Shown here: in pieces, positions 44,565 to 55,200 of the stretch
Position numbering within the stretch: position 1 is the stretch's first letter
How the letters are laid out: every line of letters begins with the position of its first letter
DNA from: Paramoeba atlantica
Taxonomy: Eukaryota > Protista > Discosea
Assembly: GCA_977017575.1 (NCBI GenBank)
Contig: CDRNVI010000039.1
Span: 62,001-126,000, forward strand
Direction: 5' to 3'
Length of the DNA stretch: 64,000 nucleotides
Notes under the pieces: model-generated
Seen by the model: only the letters and a program-made list of their open reading frames with translations
Databases searched by the model: none
Told to the model about the DNA's origin: nothing
Made by a program: the position numbers and the translations under genes

Positions 44565-44928
44565 CCAAATCATTCCCGATTGCTCCGGATGGTCACTGGC
44601 AAGCCAGACCCTTCACAGACAGATTTAGAAGTTCCGAGGCCGACGTCCTCTACCAGTTTCCGCTTTTCCGAGGCGGCACCAACGTGCTGTTGCCAACACG
44701 CTGCGTCGACGAACTGTACGTCAACACGGCTTACTCAAGAGGTATAAGCCGGGTAAGGGAGCTGGTTCCCTGAGGGGAGGGTCCGGGACGGTCCTCCGAG
44801 TACTGGGCCTAGTCGGTTATCAGCCCAGCCTCTTAGAGTGAGGCCGCCGGGAATATTGCGATGAGCGGGTTTGAACTCGCCGTCTGAGCACCATGTGCTT
44901 CAAACTTTGAATTCTTGCCACTCCGCCA
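44565..44928 (-). mobile_element. tRNA-derived SINE-like element, copy 2 (duplicate at 54876-55239)
   Basis: Reverse complement of 39131-39494. Confidence 0.75.
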
Positions 44929-45438
44929 AACCCCAACGCCAAAAAGGCGCATTACCATGATAAGGCAACCAAAGGAAACTTTCAAGTGGAATTGGGATTT
45001 TCCTATACGTATCACAGACCCGGTGTTTACCAACAACGGGGAAAACGAGCGATTTGATGAAGCAATTCGTCCTATGAAGTCTCTTTTCGAAGATCACTGG
45101 CAGAGCTTGTGTCAGCTATTCACTCAGGAGTCCTCCAGCCTCCATAGCTCGCAGGCGAAAATTATTATTCACTTAGAATACCGTGAAAGAGTTTTAATTA
45201 ATTTCAAACGTATGTCACCTCTGTATTCTGAAACCCCCGACGGTTTGCCTGTATTTTGGGATGCGCGTACTGATGGAATGCAGTTCGAGGTTGGGCTAGT
45301 ACGTTGGATGCACACATCGCGTGATTCAGTGAATGTCGAGGAAATTGAACAAATTGATAGTGACAGTGGGAGTGACGAGAATGTTGCGCAATTAGGTTTA
45401 GTTCGAACTAACGCTCCTTGGTCGGTGAAACAATTAGT

Positions 45439-46354
45439 ATGCGACGCGGTCGACTTTCTAATGAGTTCGGATTCAAGGTTTCTGCGGATGCGCAAAGGTA
45501 CTACCAGGGAGAGACACATTGGACGAACATTTGTGTTCGTATCAAGGATCTCTTTCTTTCTTGCAGCGATCGAGTTTCCTATCAGACGGTCCGTATTTGG
45601 TGGCGAACTAGGAAAGAGTACGGATTACAAGCGCTACAACCTGCAACTTCAAAAAACTCCCGTCCTAGCATACTAGCCTCCTATCGAGATCTAATCACTG
45701 ATCTGGTAAACGAGTTTTTTATGTACGGTGTTCCTGTGAGCAAGTGTCTTCTTTGGGTTGTCCTCTGTGAAATCGTTGAACAACCCAATGTAGAGGAACA
45801 ATGGAAAAATTCAGTCCAAAAAATAAGTGATGCAGTTCAAAAACCGAAAACTTTAACTGATGCAGAGGAAGGAATTTTTGTTCCATCGTATCCAACCTTT
45901 TCTATTTGGCTACGAAAACTAGACATCAAATTAAAAAGTGCAAAATCAACCATGAAATGCGCATATCCTGAAAATATTGATGAACTCGGAAAGGATATGC
46001 TCCTTCGGGCGTGTCACTACTTAAGAAATGAGTGGAACGGAAAGGTCTTTGCTTCTCTTCTTGTTAATATGGACGAAACGGGAATCGCTTACAACTGTCT
46101 GGCTGAACGCACACTTTCCTTCAGGGAGCAGCGGCCCGGGAACATAGCGCTGGGGGATAAGCGAAGTGCAACATTTTGGGGCAACGCTCGATGGTTCAAT
46201 GCTCCCCCCTTTTGTCATTTGGAATGGCAAAGATAATTATCACGGAGCGCATGTACGGACTTGCACAAGCACAGTTCAGTACCAAACATTGAACCACTAT
46301 GTTTCAACAGGTTCCCTTATGGAATATATTCGAGAAATTCTGCGTCCTTATTAG
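45439..46354 (+). pseudogene. pogo/Tigger-like transposase, 5' part (duplicate at 55750-56665)
   Basis: HTH-like region, then LVNMDETGI...TLDGSMLPPFVIWNGK (frameshifted). Confidence 0.82.
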
Positions 46355-46758
46355 GTTGCATAAGTTGCTTCGTTACACCTAGAAAGCAATGAGCCGCTTA
46401 GATTAAAAACACTAACCACACAACTGTTTAACATATCTCAAATTTAATGTTTGTTTTAATGAGTCCTCGCATAATGATGAGTCTTTTCATTACAATAAAC
46501 CAGGAAATGGAACCACCAACGCCCCTAGAGTTCAACGTAAATTGAAGGTATCAACTACTTAAGCGCTAAAATAAAACAATACAACTAACATATAAATATG
46601 AACATAAAACTTATAACCTTATATATCTACAATAAATATTAAATATAGTAATAAGAATAAAAACAATCTGACAGAAAAAACATGAATAAGAACTGCTCGC
46701 CCTGTCCGGGCTACAAAATCGCTACTCAAAATTTGAAATTAGGGGGGGGGGAATATAT

Positions 46759-48000
46759 TTAACAAGATTTCAAATACCATTGGTCACGTGAAACGCGTTC
46801 TGTAGAATGCTTTATTTTTGTTTGTGGGCTTCGCAGCTTTGGTTTAATTTCACTTTTCCCGTCTATATTTGTCTGAGCCTTTTGGTTCTTGTTGTTTCGT
46901 TGAAGTTTTAGACGTTCTGGATCTTCGCTTCGCGTTCGTTTCGGAATATTATTCATCACGTCGTTTTTAGATGATTCCTTTGTTTTTACTTTGCTGTCAC
47001 GTTTAGTTTGAAATTTTTCTTTTGGAGGATATTTTTCTTTTGGAGGATTGGGGTTCCTCTTTCCTGCTGGTTGTTTGTCAATACCCCCACGGGTGCTAAT
47101 TAGTCTCTTCCCTATCACATTTCCGGCGGATCGCTTATAAGTGACGGCGTTGGTGTGATCAAGTGTTCCTGCTTCCTTGGAAAGCCAATCCGCTATTTCA
47201 TTATGGGGGTTCCCCTCGTGGGCGCGAACTTTTACGCAAAACAGATTTTTCGATCCTGATTCAATTTTGATACAAATGTTGCACAGCTTTCGTAGGATTT
47301 CTGGATTTTGAAAGCCACTAAACCCTATCAATCTATTGCGGTGCCTGTGGATGTGAAAAAATTCGGTCAAAGTCAAGCATTATTTCGCACTTTTAGAAAT
47401 AATAAAAAGTATCTCCGAAGGAAGTTAGGAGTGGCTGCATGTGGCATGTACGACTCCGACACAAACGATCGGTGCAGACCCAGTGATCTCCTTTCAGGAC
47501 GCAAATGAAAGTTTCATGCCTCTTGCTACAGGTGACGCTCTGGAAAACAAATTTGTGGCCTTTCAACCACTCGATAATATCATTTTCGGGGGCGCGGGCG
47601 AGCACACTATAGCTAATACTATCTGTACACTCGGAATCGGAGCAAAACGAGCAATCCATCGAGAGTAGTGCAGATATATGCGAAAAATACCCTAAAAAAG
47701 ACTTTGCAAGTAAAATATGATCATATGAGAATACTATGCTTTTTTCGTGAAATAATGCTTGACTTTCACCAAAAATTCCCATATGTAATGCGAATCTGTG
47801 TGTACAACGATGTCTGTTCCATAATCTTGGGAAAATTGAAGTGCCTCAATCACCGCATAAAGTTCAACCGCTGTACTTTCAATTGTACTTTCAATATCTT
47901 CCTGGGGCTTTTTGCTTACCATGACTTGGTCAAAACCTTGTCCCAAAATATAAAACCCAGACCCATCTACAGATACACCTTTCTTTGTGGATTTGATAAG
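46759..48000 (-). pseudogene. Retroelement RNase H fragment interrupted by a Merlin-like insertion (duplicate at +10311)
   Basis: AVELYAVIEAL...VHTDSHYIWEF|FHIHRHRNRLIG...KVRAHEGNPHNEIAD is contiguous once 47365-47778 is removed. Confidence 0.85.
47365..47770 (-). mobile_element. Merlin/IS1595-like non-autonomous element, 406 bp, TIRs of about 24 bp starting GG, 8-bp TSD AAAAATTC (duplicate at 57676-58081)
   Basis: ggtcaaagtcaagcattatttc / gaaataatgcttgactttcacc; TSD at 47357-64 and 47771-78; residual IIEWLK...C...HWVC...LCRSR zinc-ribbon-like ORF. Confidence 0.8.
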
Positions 48001-48101
48001 TACGGGTTATGCTACCCCAACGCTTCTCTCTATGTTAATACCGACCGGTTTTCTACTATTCATAAAGTACAACGAGCAAAACTGGTGGGACATACTGGTG
48101 T

Positions 48102-49082
48102 ATGATTCGTCATTCTTCAGACTTTCGGGAACATATTCAATGGAAACAACGTAGCAACGCTAGATTACCTTCCCCAAGTGAAGCTTGTGTTAAAGATCTT
48201 GGCATTACTATTGAACAAGCATTGGTTTACGCCATGGACCGCGAGCATTGGTTCAGAATTACAGAACAACTTCCTGACAACCCTGAACCAGCTGCAACCT
48301 ATATAAAATCTGGCACGCAAAAGTGGAGAACCGCCGTCACAAGAGCCAAGAAGACTAAAGACCTACGCGAGTTACAGTATATTGAAGAGTCAACGGATCC
48401 TTTCCCTAACTTTAAAGCTATGCAGACATACAGGTATACGGATGCTTCTATTAAGAGAATGGTTAATTCTCAGGAAATTCGAAGTGGCGCTGGTATTGTG
48501 GTTATACCAACAAAAAAAGATCCAATAAGATGTTCAATCCCACTGGAAGTTACAACAATTGAGAGAGCAGAACTGCAATCCTTTTATTTAGCTCTCAACA
48601 AATTGCCAGAAAATTCATGCGCGTGCTTGTTTCACACAGATTCGCATTACGTTTGGGACTTATTTCACAATTTACGAAATAAACGGCGCATTGTGGGATA
48701 CACTGGGACAAAAAATGGCGATCTAATGTATGATGTGGACGCAAAGCTCAGGTTACTAAAATTCCATTCGTATAATATATATTTGTGCAAGGTAAAGGCG
48801 CACATTGGAAACAAATGGAATGAGGAGGCAGATGGTCTAGCACTTTTGGCATCACGAAAAGTGGCACGGGCTCCGACCCAAAAAAGGAGAAAAACAACTG
48901 CTCACTCGGAGGATAGTGAGAATTCACAACCGTTATGGTCTTTGAAAGCCTTACTCAAAAGGGGGTCCCTTGGAAATAAGCAAGCACGAGACATTCCATC
49001 ATCCAAGCGCGAAGCTGAGGCGGAAGGGGTATTTCGGGGGAAGGTTGCGAGAGCTGGCGGTAATAGGAAACCGTCTAAGTAG
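48102..49082 (+). pseudogene. 3' part of a non-LTR retrotransposon: RTE-like C-terminus followed by RNase H (duplicate at 58413-59393)
   Basis: AMDREHW, then YTDAS...GAGIV...RAELQ...FHTDSHY...KVKAHIGNKWNEEADGLA (D-E-D-D catalytic set). Confidence 0.85.
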
Positions 49083-49323
49083 GGAGAGGATTGATGGAAT
49101 TATTTCTTTGCCAACTTAGAATGCCTTGAGGATTATTCATAGGTTACCGGAAAAATATTGTTTGTTTGTACCGTATCAGACACATATAAACTCTGAACGT
49201 GGAAGCGATAGATGAAAGCTTTCAAGGTGTAAACGATAAGTTTTTCAACCGACTTTACGTCGGTCTTTTGGTCTTTTGGACACCTTTCTTCGTGAATAGA
49301 GAACCATCTGTATATATATGCAA

Positions 49324-50764
49324 TCCAGGCTAAAGTGGACGAGGGAGAAACTAAAGGCACCTTTGGAAAACCACCTCGAAACTGGAACGGTATCACCCGT
49401 TAAAGACCCTTTTGCCACATCAGAATGCTCTACAAATCGGGAGATACCGTTCCAGTTTCGAGGTGGCTTTCCAAAGGTGCCTTTAGTATCTCCCTCGTCC
49501 ACTTTAGCCTGGATTACATAGCCATCCGAACATGCTCCCTATGGCGCTTTACTGTTTCCCACGCGAGGAAGTCGTCGTCGCCGCGGCAAAAAGACAGAAG
49601 ACTCCGCCTTCTGCCTTTTTGCCTTGCGCCTCCTCCTTCCTCTACGGCCTTGCGTGTCACACACTTCCGGGTAAATTCTGGACTATTTAGGTGTATTATC
49701 GGAACAAGGTGGAGAAATATCGAATGAAACCAAAGCGTATACACGTATATCAGGCCCCCAACTCTCAAAAAACGGTTTAGGAGTTGATTTGGGAAAAATA
49801 TGTTTTTTCGCTTTGACCCATAAATTTTCAGTTCTTTTTTCAAAATATCAAAATTTGCTATGATCACCCTGGTGGGGAGGGGGGGGGGGCAGGAGATACC
49901 CATCGGAATTGTTGAAAAACTAGTGATCTTGTCACTCAATTCGATTCATACGTCTGCCTTTTTGCCTTGCGCCTCCTCCTTCCTCTACGGCCTTGCGTGT
50001 CACACACTTCCGGGTAAATTTTGGACTATTTAGGTGTATTATCGGCACAGGGTGGAGAAATATCGAATGAAACCAAAGCGTATAAACGTATATCAGGCCC
50101 CAAACTCTCAAAAAACGGTTTAGGAGTTGATTTGGGAAAAATACTTTCGCTTTGACCCATAAATGTTTAGTTTTTGTTTGCAAAGTTTCAAAAATTGCTA
50201 TGATCACCCTGGTGGGGAGAGGGGGGGGGCAGGGGATACCCATCGGAATTGTTGAAAAACTAGTGACCTCGTCACTCAATTCGATTCATACGTCTGCCTT
50301 TTTTCCTTGCACCTCCTCCTTCCTCATCGGCCTTGCGTGTCACACACTTCCGGGTAAATTTTGGACTATGTAGGTGTATTATCGGAACAAGGTGGAGAAA
50401 TATCGAATGAAATCAAAGAGTATACAGGTATAGAAGGCCCCAAACTCTCAAAAAACGGTTTAGGAGTTGATTTGGGAAAAATATGTTTTTTCGCTTTCAC
50501 CCATAAATTTTTAGTTTTTTTTTGCAAAATTTCAAAACTTGCTATGATCACCCTGGTGGGGAGGTGGGGGGGACAGGGGGTACCAATCGTAATTGTTGAA
50601 AAACTAGTAATCTTGTCTCTAAATTCGATTCATACGTCTTTGTAAACATTTTTTTCGAAAACTCACCTGAAACGATATCGGGCATGAAATCGGGCCACAA
50701 ATCGGGCACGAAATCGGGCACGGCGAATTAACCTACGGTAGCGAGGGAGTAGTATCTCCCTCAA
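49324..50764 (+). mobile_element. Repeat family C full copy (Helitron-like non-autonomous; duplicate at 59635-61076)
   Basis: A|TCCAGG start, 78-bp-arm foldback, three subunits of about 340 bp (49931, 50271, 50615), aaatcgggc repeats, terminal hairpin, AA|T end. Confidence 0.65.
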
Positions 50765-51460
50765 TTCACCTTTACGCCGAGCGTATGGTTTGGGACCTCC
50801 TTCTACGAATTGTGACACTTTGGTGTTAGTGATTGCAGAAATTTTTGTTTCCCATCCAGATTTATTGAACTGTGTGTATGAAGGTCTTGGCTCCAACCGA
50901 TCGCGAAGTTGATCAACTTTCTTTGCCCATGACGTTCGACTTACTGGATAATACAGAATCTCTGCTGTACTTAAATTGAGATCTTCCGCACATAATTCGG
51001 AGACTGATCTATTTTTACTGGAATCTTCATCGCACCATGACATTATATTACAGAAAGCTGGTGAATGACGTACTAAATGCCTTAGTAAACTTGCTCGCTG
51101 ACATTTGGAGACTGTACTGAGATTGTTTTCTCCCTGATACAATGATTCAAGACGCATGCTTCGTTGACCGTCCCAGGATTTATGTACGCAGCACACTATT
51201 CGTCTCATTTTAGAAATTTCAGTGTCCATTTTCAGTAAATCGGAGGTCTAGATCTTCCACGTGCTACAACCATAGGAAATAACTGGCATAACTAAAGTTT
51301 GAAATATACGAGTGCGGCACAGAATTGAAAGAGGTGAGTTCCAAACTGGACGCAGCCTGTGCATAGTATACCACCCAAGTCTAATCCGGTCCCTTGGGGT
51401 TGATAAGTTATTTTCGGGGTTTATTGCATTACCTAAGTACCTATACTGTATGTCGTCACT
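50765..51460 (-). pseudogene. RTE-clade reverse transcriptase C-terminal fragment (duplicate at about 61077-61772)
   Basis: YRYLG...RIRLGWYTMHRLRPVWNSPLS...RIFQTLVMPVISYGCSTW; LLRHLVRH. Confidence 0.82.
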
Positions 51461-52011
51461 TTTGTGTATTCTCGGAATCAACAAAGACTCTCATATTGGA
51501 AAAGTGTCGTCATGGCGATGAATTTTATTGGATGCGAATTTTTTATGTTCCTGCTCGGTGCACCGGAAGGCTTCAACCGTGCGACGTCGGGGTTTTTAAT
51601 CGACTCAAGCCCCAGATACGCTATCAACGAACACGTGCGATATTCAAGTATTGCAGAGAAAAGCGTTATCAAGGTGAGAGGGTAGGGGATGCGAAGTCTC
51701 TTGGTGCCCGCATGTCAAAAGAGCGACTTCTAGATGCAGTTGCAAAAGCCTACGAGTGGATGTCTTCATCAAAGCAAGTAAAGGCCACAGTCGCCGCTTG
51801 GGAGAAATGTGGTATTAACACTTCGACCTTGATTGACACCAACATTAATCAAGCATGTTCACGTCGCCATGAGCTATTCAATTTCGTTTCTTCTGAACCA
51901 GAGGAGGAAACCAATGATTCTGATTTATTTGAAGTGGAAGAAGAACTAGACGTTCAATCTTCGGTGGGCTTTTATTGCCCAACGGAATCTGTTTCACCCA
52001 AGACGGGCTAA
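51460..52011 (+). pseudogene. pogo-like transposase, 3' part (duplicate ending at 62323)
   Basis: YVPARCTGRLQPCDVGVFNRLK...AAWEKCGI plus an acidic tail. Confidence 0.85.
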
Positions 52012-52240
52012 TTAACTGCGCTTCTTATTGCGGTGGTTGTAAAACTACCGCTCTACACTCGATTATTGAAAAAAAAGTGAACAAAAACAGTGAAAATATA
52101 AAGAGGCACACAGTAATATAATAGAAGAAAAAAATATAAAAGGGGGCTCCCGTGATCCAAAATTGAAAAAAAAATTGAAAAAAATGGGGGGTCCATGGGG
52201 GGGGGTCCAGGGGGGGGGTCCAGGGGGGGAGGGCATGGTC

Positions 52241-55200
52241 GAGCAAATTTTTTCGAAAAAATTAGTTTTCGAAAAAAAACCGCAGAAAGGGTAGCCGGGG
52301 TCTTGGCGCGCATTTTCCACCCCCCTACCCCGGGGTGACCCCCCCGCGTATCCGCAGGATGAGTCCGCCGAGTTCGAACATTTTCGGAAAAAAAAATTTG
52401 AAAAAAAATTCAACTTGGCGAAAAAAATGGCAAAAAAAATATTTTTCAAAAATCGTTTCCCCTATTGTTAATTATAGTTTGGGATCTATACTAGGTTTCT
52501 CCGCAGGCGTTTTCGCAAGGTATCCCTTCTTAGAACCGTGGTGCGCCCCTCAAAATGACCCATTTTTGACCACAAAAGGTGAAAAAGTATTTTTCGGACC
52601 TAAAGGGGCATTTTTGTGTCGAAAGAATGGTATGGTTGGAGTCGCATTATCTACCCAATACGTTCGGTAGGCTTCCATTCATACCTACGAGTGATTTACC
52701 ACGCGCAAATGTCGGATTTAGTGCCCTGAGAGCAAAAATACCCAAAAATGACACCATTTTTACCCTAAAATCGGCTATTTTTGGCTATAATCTTTACGTT
52801 TTCCAGGCTAATTTTTCTGTTTTAAGCTCTTCGTTAAACGCGGTGGTAGTTTTCAACGCGAAGAGCGCAGCATGAATGACTTCTAATTCGAAAACAACCA
52901 CCGCGTTTAACGAAGAGCCTAAAAAAGAAAATTATAACCGTAAGTGTATATAAGCGAGGAGGGGTTAACGAATGCTTCATAAATGAGGGCAACGCCGTGA
53001 AATGCACCATATGCGATGCTGAAGTTCATTCAAGAAGACTATCCCGGCATTTAACTTCAAAAAGGCATGTGAAAACCACGTCACCCGACGCTCTTCAAAC
53101 TTTAAACGAAACTGAGAGAGACATTGTGGAAGAAAATGTTTCATGCAACGAAGAACTGAGAATGGCAAAGTTCCGAAGCATTCATTTAAGACAGGTTGGG
53201 ATTTTGGACTTTCGCTTCCTCGCCTTGGTCTTCCAAACCTGAGCATTGTAGAGCGATCTGCCAATTCTTTTTTAGGCTCTTCGTTATACGCGGTGTTTGC
53301 TTTCAACTTAGAAGTCACTCATGATGCGCGCTTCGCGTTGAAACAACAGGAGAAACCGGAAGGATTGGAGCTAAAAATATCCGACTGTCAGGTAATAATG
53401 GGGTCAATTTTAGCTATTTTTGCTCTCAGAGCACTAAATCCGACATTTGCGCCTGAGAAATTACTCGTAGGCATGAATGAAAGCCTACCGAACGTATTGG
53501 GTGGAGAATACAACTCCAATCACACCTTTCTTTCCACACTAAAAGGCCCCTTGGAGTCCGAAAAATACTTTTTCACCTTTTTTAGTCAAAAATGGGCCAA
53601 TTTCGCTGGCATACCACGTCTTGAAGAAGGGATATCTGGCGAAAACAACGGTGTAGATGGCTAGTATAGGTCCCTCCTCTGAAAGTGTTAACATATTAGA
53701 AAAAGCATCCTCCAAAAAAAAAAATCCTCCACCAACGACCACCAAAGCATCCTCCACAAACGACCCCGCAGCTGTAGCCACATCTTTGATAGCCCACGAA
53801 AGGAATCCTATTTCAATTGAAGAAGCCGAAGCTGAAGAAGTTCTTTTGCTCGACAGGCACAATGTTGAAGATCTCGAGCATGAAATGGTAGAAAGCGTGT
53901 CGTGTCTTCTAGATAAAGGTAAAATAAGATCTCCTAACAAAGCCAATATTGAAATTCGCCCCGAGCGGTTGTTGTTGGTTCCGCAGGAAAAACGGCATCT
54001 CTACCTTTTCAGGCGCTTGCCTTCATGCCATAAGGGAGATACCATTTTTCCTGTGGAAACTGCCGCACCTACACTGTTGGTATCTCCCTCTTGCCCTTTA
54101 CCCTGGGTTACATAGTAAAAACATGTTCCCTAGGACTCCTTACAGCTTTCCACGCGAGGAAGTCGTCGTCGCTGCGGCAAAAAGGCAGAAGGCTCCGACT
54201 TCTGATTTTTGCCTTGCGCCTCCTCCTTCCTCTACGGTCTTGCGTATCCCAAACTTCAAGTTGAAAAAAGCATGCGTGGCAAATCGGTCTTTGCAAATCG
54301 CTTCCGAAGGAGGTCTCGAGGCGTCCAAAAGGTGCGTTTTTCTTTCCTAAAACTATCTATTCATGGTGCTGCCTTTGGTTCTTTGCGAAAAAAGCATTTT
54401 CCGAAATTGTTTTTGTCGGGCCAAATTTCGGGCGAAATATCGGGCGAAATTTCGGGCCAAATTTTATTAATACTGGGTAGCGAGGGAGTAGTATCTCCCT
54501 CAATTCTGAAAATGTACCTCCCGGGAGTCGAACCTGCGATCACAAGATCATGAAGGTCAGGTGTTACCCACTGGAATCCCTGGGTTCGAGTCCCATGACC
54601 CATTTAAGCACCGTGATTTGTGCCCAAATCGAGGATAGGTCGGGGGGTAGACCCTTTTCTCACCCTGTTGGATCCGCCCTACCCCGGACAGCATAAAGAA
54701 GGGAGAGGCAGAGGTTGTAAACAACCACCGCAATAACACATTTTACTCGGAGGCGGCTATATCCCAAGAAAACATTAGACTACTGGCCTCTGAAAGTGTT
54801 AACATATTAGAAAAAGCATCATCCACCAACGACCCCGCAGCTGCAGCCACATCTTTGATATCCAAATCATCATTTCCAAATCATTCCCGATTGCTCCGGA
54901 TGGTCACTGGCAAGCCAGACCCTTCACAGACAGATTTAGAAGTTCCGAGGCCGACGTCCTCTACCAGTTTCCGCTTTTCCGAGGCGGCACCAACGTGCTG
55001 TTGCCAACACGCTGCGTCGACGAACTGTACGTCAACACGGCTTACTCAAGAGGTATAAGCCGGGTAAGGGAGCTGGTTCCCTGAGGGGAGGGTCCGGGAC
55101 GGTCCTCCGAGTACTGGGCCTAGTCGGTTATCAGCCCAGCCTCTTAGAGTGAGGCCGCCGGGAATATTGCGATGAGCGGGTTTGAACTCGCCGTCTGAGC

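Larger units (their letters stand above)
41929..52240. repeat. 10.3-kb tandem duplication, unit 1
   Basis: ORFs recur at +10311/+10312 (for example 48102/58413 and 51394/61706). Confidence 0.97.

Noticed and set aside
46736-46752. ttaggggggggg as a telomeric seed
   Set aside because: A single TTAGGG within a G-run; no telomeric array anywhere in the window.
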